DNA from: Anaerolineae bacterium
Lineage (GTDB): Bacteria; Chloroflexota; Anaerolineae; B4-G1; DUEL01
Length of the DNA stretch: 64,000 bases
Reading direction: 5' to 3'
NCBI GenBank assembly: GCA_041082215.1
Contig: JBDOIF010000118.1
Location: forward strand, 1-64,000
Part shown: positions 59,871 to 64,000 of the stretch, one piece after another
Layout of the letters: each line of letters starts with the position of its first letter
Position numbering within the stretch: the stretch's first letter is position 1
Notes under the pieces: generated by a model
The model's input: only the letters and a program-made list of their open reading frames with translations
Told to the model about the DNA's origin: nothing
Database searches by the model: none
Position numbers and translations under genes: made by a program

Positions 59871-60715
59871 GGAGACGTTACCTGATCCAGCGGGTCGGTT
59901 TTCTCCTCCTGGGTCTGGCGGCCCTGCTGGTCGTCATCCCCATCCTCTTCGTCGTCGGCACCATTATCGTCCGGGGAGCGCGGGCGATCAGTTGGGAGTT
60001 CCTCACGGCGATGCCACGGGACGGGATGAAGGCCGGCGGCATCTTGCCCGCCATCGTCGGCACACTCCTGCTCACCCTGGGCACCGGCCTGGCGGCCATC
60101 CCTGTGGGGGTGGGCGGCGCCATTTACCTGGCCGAGTACGCCCGGGACACCTGGCCCACGCGCCTCATCCGGCTGGCGATCATCAATCTGGCCGGCATCC
60201 CCTCCGTCGTCTACGGCCTTTTCGGCCTGGGGCTGTTCGTGCTCTTCCTTCACTTCGGCACCTCCATCCTCGCCGGATCGCTCACCCTGGCTATCATGAC
60301 CCTCCCCGTCATCATCAGCACCGCCGAGGAGGCCCTGCGCGCCGTCCCGACAGAGTTCCGCACCGTCATCTTCAGCCTGGGGGGTACCCGCTGGCAGGCG
60401 GTCCGCGAAGTCGTCCTCCCCCAGGCGATGCCAGGCATTGTCACCGGCATTCTCCTGGGATTGCTGCGAGCAGCGGGGGAGACCGCCCCCATTCTCTTCA
60501 CCGTCGCTGCCTTCTACCTCCCCCGCCTCCCCCGCTCCCCTTTCGACCAGACCATGGCCCTCCCTTACCACCTCTACGTCATCAGCACCCAGGTTCCGGG
60601 AATGCCCCCGAAAATCCAGTATGGAACCGCCCTGGTGCTTCTGGCGCTGGTCCTCTCAATGAACGTCGTCGCTACCCTCATCCGCAGGTACTACCGGCGC
60701 AGGAGAGAATGGTAA
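59867..60715 (+). CDS. pstA: Phosphate ABC transporter permease
   Basis: GGILPAIVGT, NLAGIPSVVYG, RAAGETAP. Confidence 0.95.
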   Translation: MRRRYLIQRVGFLLLGLAALLVVIPILFVVGTIIVRGARAISWEFLTAMPRDGMKAGGILPAIVGTLLLTLGTGLAAIPVGVGGAIYLAEYARDTWPTRLIRLAIINLAGIPSVVYGLFGLGLFVLFLHFGTSILAGSLTLAIMTLPVIISTAEEALRAVPTEFRTVIFSLGGTRWQAVREVVLPQAMPGIVTGILLGLLRAAGETAPILFTVAAFYLPRLPRSPFDQTMALPYHLYVISTQVPGMPPKIQYGTALVLLALVLSMNVVATLIRRYYRRRREW

Positions 60716-60735
60716 CCCCAATCACCAAATGAACA

Positions 60736-61506
60736 ATGACCAATGAACCGATACCCATAAAAGTCCGCATCGAACACCTCACCTATGCCTACGGGGACAA
60801 GGTGGCCCTGCGGGACATTACGCTGGATATTCCGGCCAATGCCATCACCGTCCTCTTCGGCCCGGCTGGCGGCGGGAAGACAACCCTGCTGCGGCTCATC
60901 AACCGGCTGAACGATCTGGTGGAAGGGACTCACCTGGAGGGGCGGGTCCTCCTCGATGGGCAGGACATCTACGGGCCGGAGGCAGACATCACCACGCTGC
61001 GACGGCGGGTGGGAATGGTGTTCGCCCTCCCGCTCCCCCTCCCTGGCTCGATCCGCCAGAACGTGGAGTGCGGCCCCCGCCTGGCCGGCATCCGCGACCC
61101 GGCCCGTCTGGACGAGCTGGTGGTCCGTAGCCTCACCCTGGCTGCCCTGTGGGATGAGGTGAAAGATCGGCTGGACAGCCCCGCCAGCGCCCTCTCCGGC
61201 GGCCAGCAGCAACGGCTCTGCCTGGCCCGCAGCCTGGCCCTTGAGCCGGAGGTCCTCCTGCTGGATGAACCCACCTCCGGCCTGGACCCCATCTCCACCA
61301 ACCGGATCGAGGAGACGCTTTTCGAGCTAAAAAAGCAGTACACCATCGTCCTGGTGCCCCACAGCATCCAGCAGGCGGCCCGCGTGGCGGACTACGCCGC
61401 CTTCTTCCTGATGGGAGAACTGGTGGAATGTCAACCCGGCAGCCAGCTCTTCACCACCCCACGGGACCGGAGGACAGAAGACTACATCACAGGGCGGTTC
61501 GGGTAA
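60736..61506 (+). CDS. pstB: Phosphate ABC transporter ATPase, copy 1 (divergent Q-loop)
   Basis: [33 protein letters not shown]. Confidence 0.88.
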   Translation: MTNEPIPIKVRIEHLTYAYGDKVALRDITLDIPANAITVLFGPAGGGKTTLLRLINRLNDLVEGTHLEGRVLLDGQDIYGPEADITTLRRRVGMVFALPLPLPGSIRQNVECGPRLAGIRDPARLDELVVRSLTLAALWDEVKDRLDSPASALSGGQQQRLCLARSLALEPEVLLLDEPTSGLDPISTNRIEETLFELKKQYTIVLVPHSIQQAARVADYAAFFLMGELVECQPGSQLFTTPRDRRTEDYITGRFG

Positions 61507-61525
61507 CGAGCAACGAGCGACAAGT

Positions 61526-62284
61526 ATGACTAACGCCAAAATCCAGGTCGAACACCTCTCGTTTTTCTACGGGGCGAAGCAGGCCCTGTCGGACATCTCG
61601 ATGGTGATCCGCGACCGGCAGATCACGGCGCTGATCGGCCCCTCCGGTTGTGGGAAGTCCACCTTCCTGCGCTGCCTCAACCGGATGAACGACACCATCC
61701 ACGGCGCGCGGGTCGAGGGCCGGGTGCTGCTGGACGGGCAGGATATTTACGCCCCGGGCACGGACGTGGTTGACCTGCGCCGCCGGGTCGGGATGGTGTT
61801 CCAGCGGCCCAACCCCTTCCCCCAATCTGTCTTCGACAACGTGGCCTTCGGCCCACGGGTGCTGGGCCTGCACCACAAGAACGACCTGGAAGAGATCGTG
61901 GAACGGAGCCTGCGGGATGCGGGGCTGTGGGACGAGGTGAAAGATGATCTGCGGCAGGACGCCCTGGGCCTTTCCCTGGGCCAACAGCAGCGGCTGTGCA
62001 TCGCCCGTGTCGTCGCTGTCCGCCCCGAAGTGATCCTGATGGACGAACCCTGTTCGGCCCTCGATCCCATCGTCACCCTGGAGATCGAGGAACTGATGAA
62101 ACGGCTGCGCGAGGAATACTGTATCGTCATTGTCACCCATAATATGCAGCAGGCAGCCAGGGTGTCGGATTGGACCGGTTTCTTCTGGTTGGGGAAACTG
62201 GTGGAGTTTGGCGCCACCGGCGACCTCTTCACCCATCCGCGGGAGAAGCTGACCGAGGATTACATCACCGGCCGGGCAGGATAG
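61526..62284 (+). CDS. pstB: Phosphate ABC transporter ATPase, copy 2 (LSLGQ signature)
   Basis: [33 protein letters not shown]. Confidence 0.92.
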   Translation: MTNAKIQVEHLSFFYGAKQALSDISMVIRDRQITALIGPSGCGKSTFLRCLNRMNDTIHGARVEGRVLLDGQDIYAPGTDVVDLRRRVGMVFQRPNPFPQSVFDNVAFGPRVLGLHHKNDLEEIVERSLRDAGLWDEVKDDLRQDALGLSLGQQQRLCIARVVAVRPEVILMDEPCSALDPIVTLEIEELMKRLREEYCIVIVTHNMQQAARVSDWTGFFWLGKLVEFGATGDLFTHPREKLTEDYITGRAG

Positions 62285-62301
62285 AGAACAGGAGGTCGGT
62301 T

Positions 62302-62964
62302 ATGCCAAGAGAGACCTTCGATCGGGAACTCCAGCAGTTGCAGGACAGGCTGTTGAAGCTGGGAAGTCTGGTGGAAGAGGCGCTCAGCGCCTCGGTGGAG
62401 GCCCTGCGTCGCAGGGACCACGAGGCTGCGCGGGCGATCATCGCCCAGGACGAGGAGATCAACCGGCATCGCTTCGCTCTGGAAAAAGACACCCTGATCC
62501 TGATCGCCACCCAGCAGCCGATGGCCAGCGACCTGCGCACGCTGGCCGCTATCCTGGAGATCACCACCGAGCTGGAACGGATGGGGGACTACGCCAAGGG
62601 GATCGCCAAGATTGATCTGTTGATCGGGGACGAGCCTCTCATCAAGCCGCTGATTGACATACCCCGAATGGCGCAAAAGGCGCGGGACATGCTCCACCGG
62701 GCGCTGACAGCCTTCGTGCATGGGGATATAGAACTGGCACAGGCCATCCCTCCCGAAGATGACGAGGTGGATGCCCTCTACCAGCAGGTCTATCGGGAAT
62801 TGATCACCTACATCCTGGCCGACCCCCACAACATCGAACAGGCCAACTACCTGCTGTGGGCAGCCCACAACCTGGAACGGACCGCCGATCGGGTGGTCAA
62901 CATCTGCGAACGGGTGGTGTTCACCGTCACCGGGAAGCTGATGGAGTTCGAGGACGCAGAGTAG
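62302..62964 (+). CDS. phoU: Phosphate signaling complex protein PhoU
   Basis: QQPMASDLR, LERMGDYA, DDEVD, LERTAD. Confidence 0.95.
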   Translation: MPRETFDRELQQLQDRLLKLGSLVEEALSASVEALRRRDHEAARAIIAQDEEINRHRFALEKDTLILIATQQPMASDLRTLAAILEITTELERMGDYAKGIAKIDLLIGDEPLIKPLIDIPRMAQKARDMLHRALTAFVHGDIELAQAIPPEDDEVDALYQQVYRELITYILADPHNIEQANYLLWAAHNLERTADRVVNICERVVFTVTGKLMEFEDAE

Positions 62965-63007
62965 ATACCAGGCCCATCTGCCGACCACACGGGCAACCGT
63001 CTGATCC

Positions 63008-64000
63008 CTACCAGGGGGCCGTAACCCTCAATGCCGCTTCCAGCACCCTCTGCCCCACCATCGCTGCCCGATAGGGGTCGGTGGGATGTTCCAGAAGGAC
63101 CGCCACGGCGTACCGGGGGGCAACTGCCGGAGCCACTCCGAGGAACCAGGCATGGGGCGGCCGGCCCTCTCCCGCCACTGCCGTCCCCAGATGCCCCAGC
63201 ACATCGGGGCTGTAGGGCTGCCACGCCGCCAGGAGCACCCTCGCCAGCTCCGGCGCCATCACCTCCTGCGGGCGACCTTGAGGCTCCAGTTCGCGCCATC
63301 CCCCATCCGGCTCCTGCACCCGCTCCACGAGCCGCAGGATAGGGATCGCCCCATCGTTGGCCAGTGCCGCCGCCACCCGGGCCATCGCCAGCGGTGAGAG
63401 GGTGAGGCTCCCCTGCCCCACCGCCTCCATCGCTGGCCCCTTCGGCGCCCAGGTCCCCGCTTCCGTGGGGAGCTCCAGCTCCGGCGGCTCTGTCAGCCCC
63501 CACCGCTCCACGGCCGCAGTAAGCCCGTCCGTCCCCAGCAGTTCCCCCAGCGCAGCGAAGGGGGCCGGACAGGCGGACCGGTAGGCCGCCGCCAGATCGG
63601 CCAGCGGCGGAGGCTCCTCCCGACAACCCATCTCCACGCCGTCTACCCACACCGTGTCGGTGATCCCCTGAGCGGGATCCGTCGGGTAGGCCAGCTCCCG
63701 GCCCACCGCCTCGGCCAGCACCACCGTCTCCAGCGCGGCCCCCGGCTGGTACAGTCCCTGCGTGGCCCGGTTGACCAGCGGCGCAGCCGGGTTCTCCCGG
63801 AGCTGATCCCATTCCTCATCCAGCCGGGCCGGGTCGAAGGTGGGCGCAGAGGCCATAGCCAGCACATCGCCTGTCTGAGCGTCCAGCAACACCACCGCCC
63901 CGCTCTGCCCCGCCAGCGCCCTCTGAGCCGCCCGCTGCAGCTCCGCATCCAGCGTAAGCTGCACATCCCGGCCCCGGGGCGGGCGGTGGAGGAGGCCCGC
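63008..64000 (-). CDS. Penicillin-binding transpeptidase-domain protein with degenerate active site (5' part outside window)
   Basis: LTLDAELQ, GDVLAMASAPTFDP, LVNRATQGLY.PG, GQG, HAWF. Confidence 0.8.
   Translation of the reverse strand, partial: AGLLHRPPRGRDVQLTLDAELQRAAQRALAGQSGAVVLLDAQTGDVLAMASAPTFDPARLDEEWDQLRENPAAPLVNRATQGLYQPGAALETVVLAEAVGRELAYPTDPAQGITDTVWVDGVEMGCREEPPPLADLAAAYRSACPAPFAALGELLGTDGLTAAVERWGLTEPPELELPTEAGTWAPKGPAMEAVGQGSLTLSPLAMARVAAALANDGAIPILRLVERVQEPDGGWRELEPQGRPQEVMAPELARVLLAAWQPYSPDVLGHLGTAVAGEGRPPHAWFLGVAPAVAPRYAVAVLLEHPTDPYRAAMVGQRVLEAALRVTAPW

Overview
GC-rich bacterial chromosomal segment. Gene content and style suggest an anaerobic Chloroflexota (Anaerolineae-like) genome; this is inferred, not tested. 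It is mostly housekeeping and cell-envelope genes: vor-type 2-oxoacid:ferredoxin oxidoreductase (partial), suhB, three membrane-anchored clan GH-A glycoside hydrolases, birA, HIT, thiolase/hbd, two sensor kinases, nfeD, galE, nfnAB, VanW, a HerA-like ATPase, pcrA/uvrD, tRNA-Pro(GGG), an MtaD-CYTH fusion, pstSCAB1B2-phoU and a degenerate PBP. A ~18 kb surface-glycosylation locus interleaves CDP-3,6-dideoxyhexose genes, two polyprenol-P GT2s and five GT-C-like proteins with SAM-salvage genes (mtnA, adenosine kinase, ahcY). No CRISPR array, rRNA, transposase or prophage was seen. The most unusual signal is non-coding: three different 150-200 bp MITE-like families (two with 8-9 bp target duplications), each carrying a different hairpin-repeat cargo and partly nested in each other or in REP-like palindromes. 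Degenerate 7-, 8- and 9-mer repeats also occur at many gene junctions, some in-frame inside genes. Several pseudo-enzymes (DNA methylase-like, PBP, GH18-like domain) and an apparently asymmetric PstB pair are also notable.
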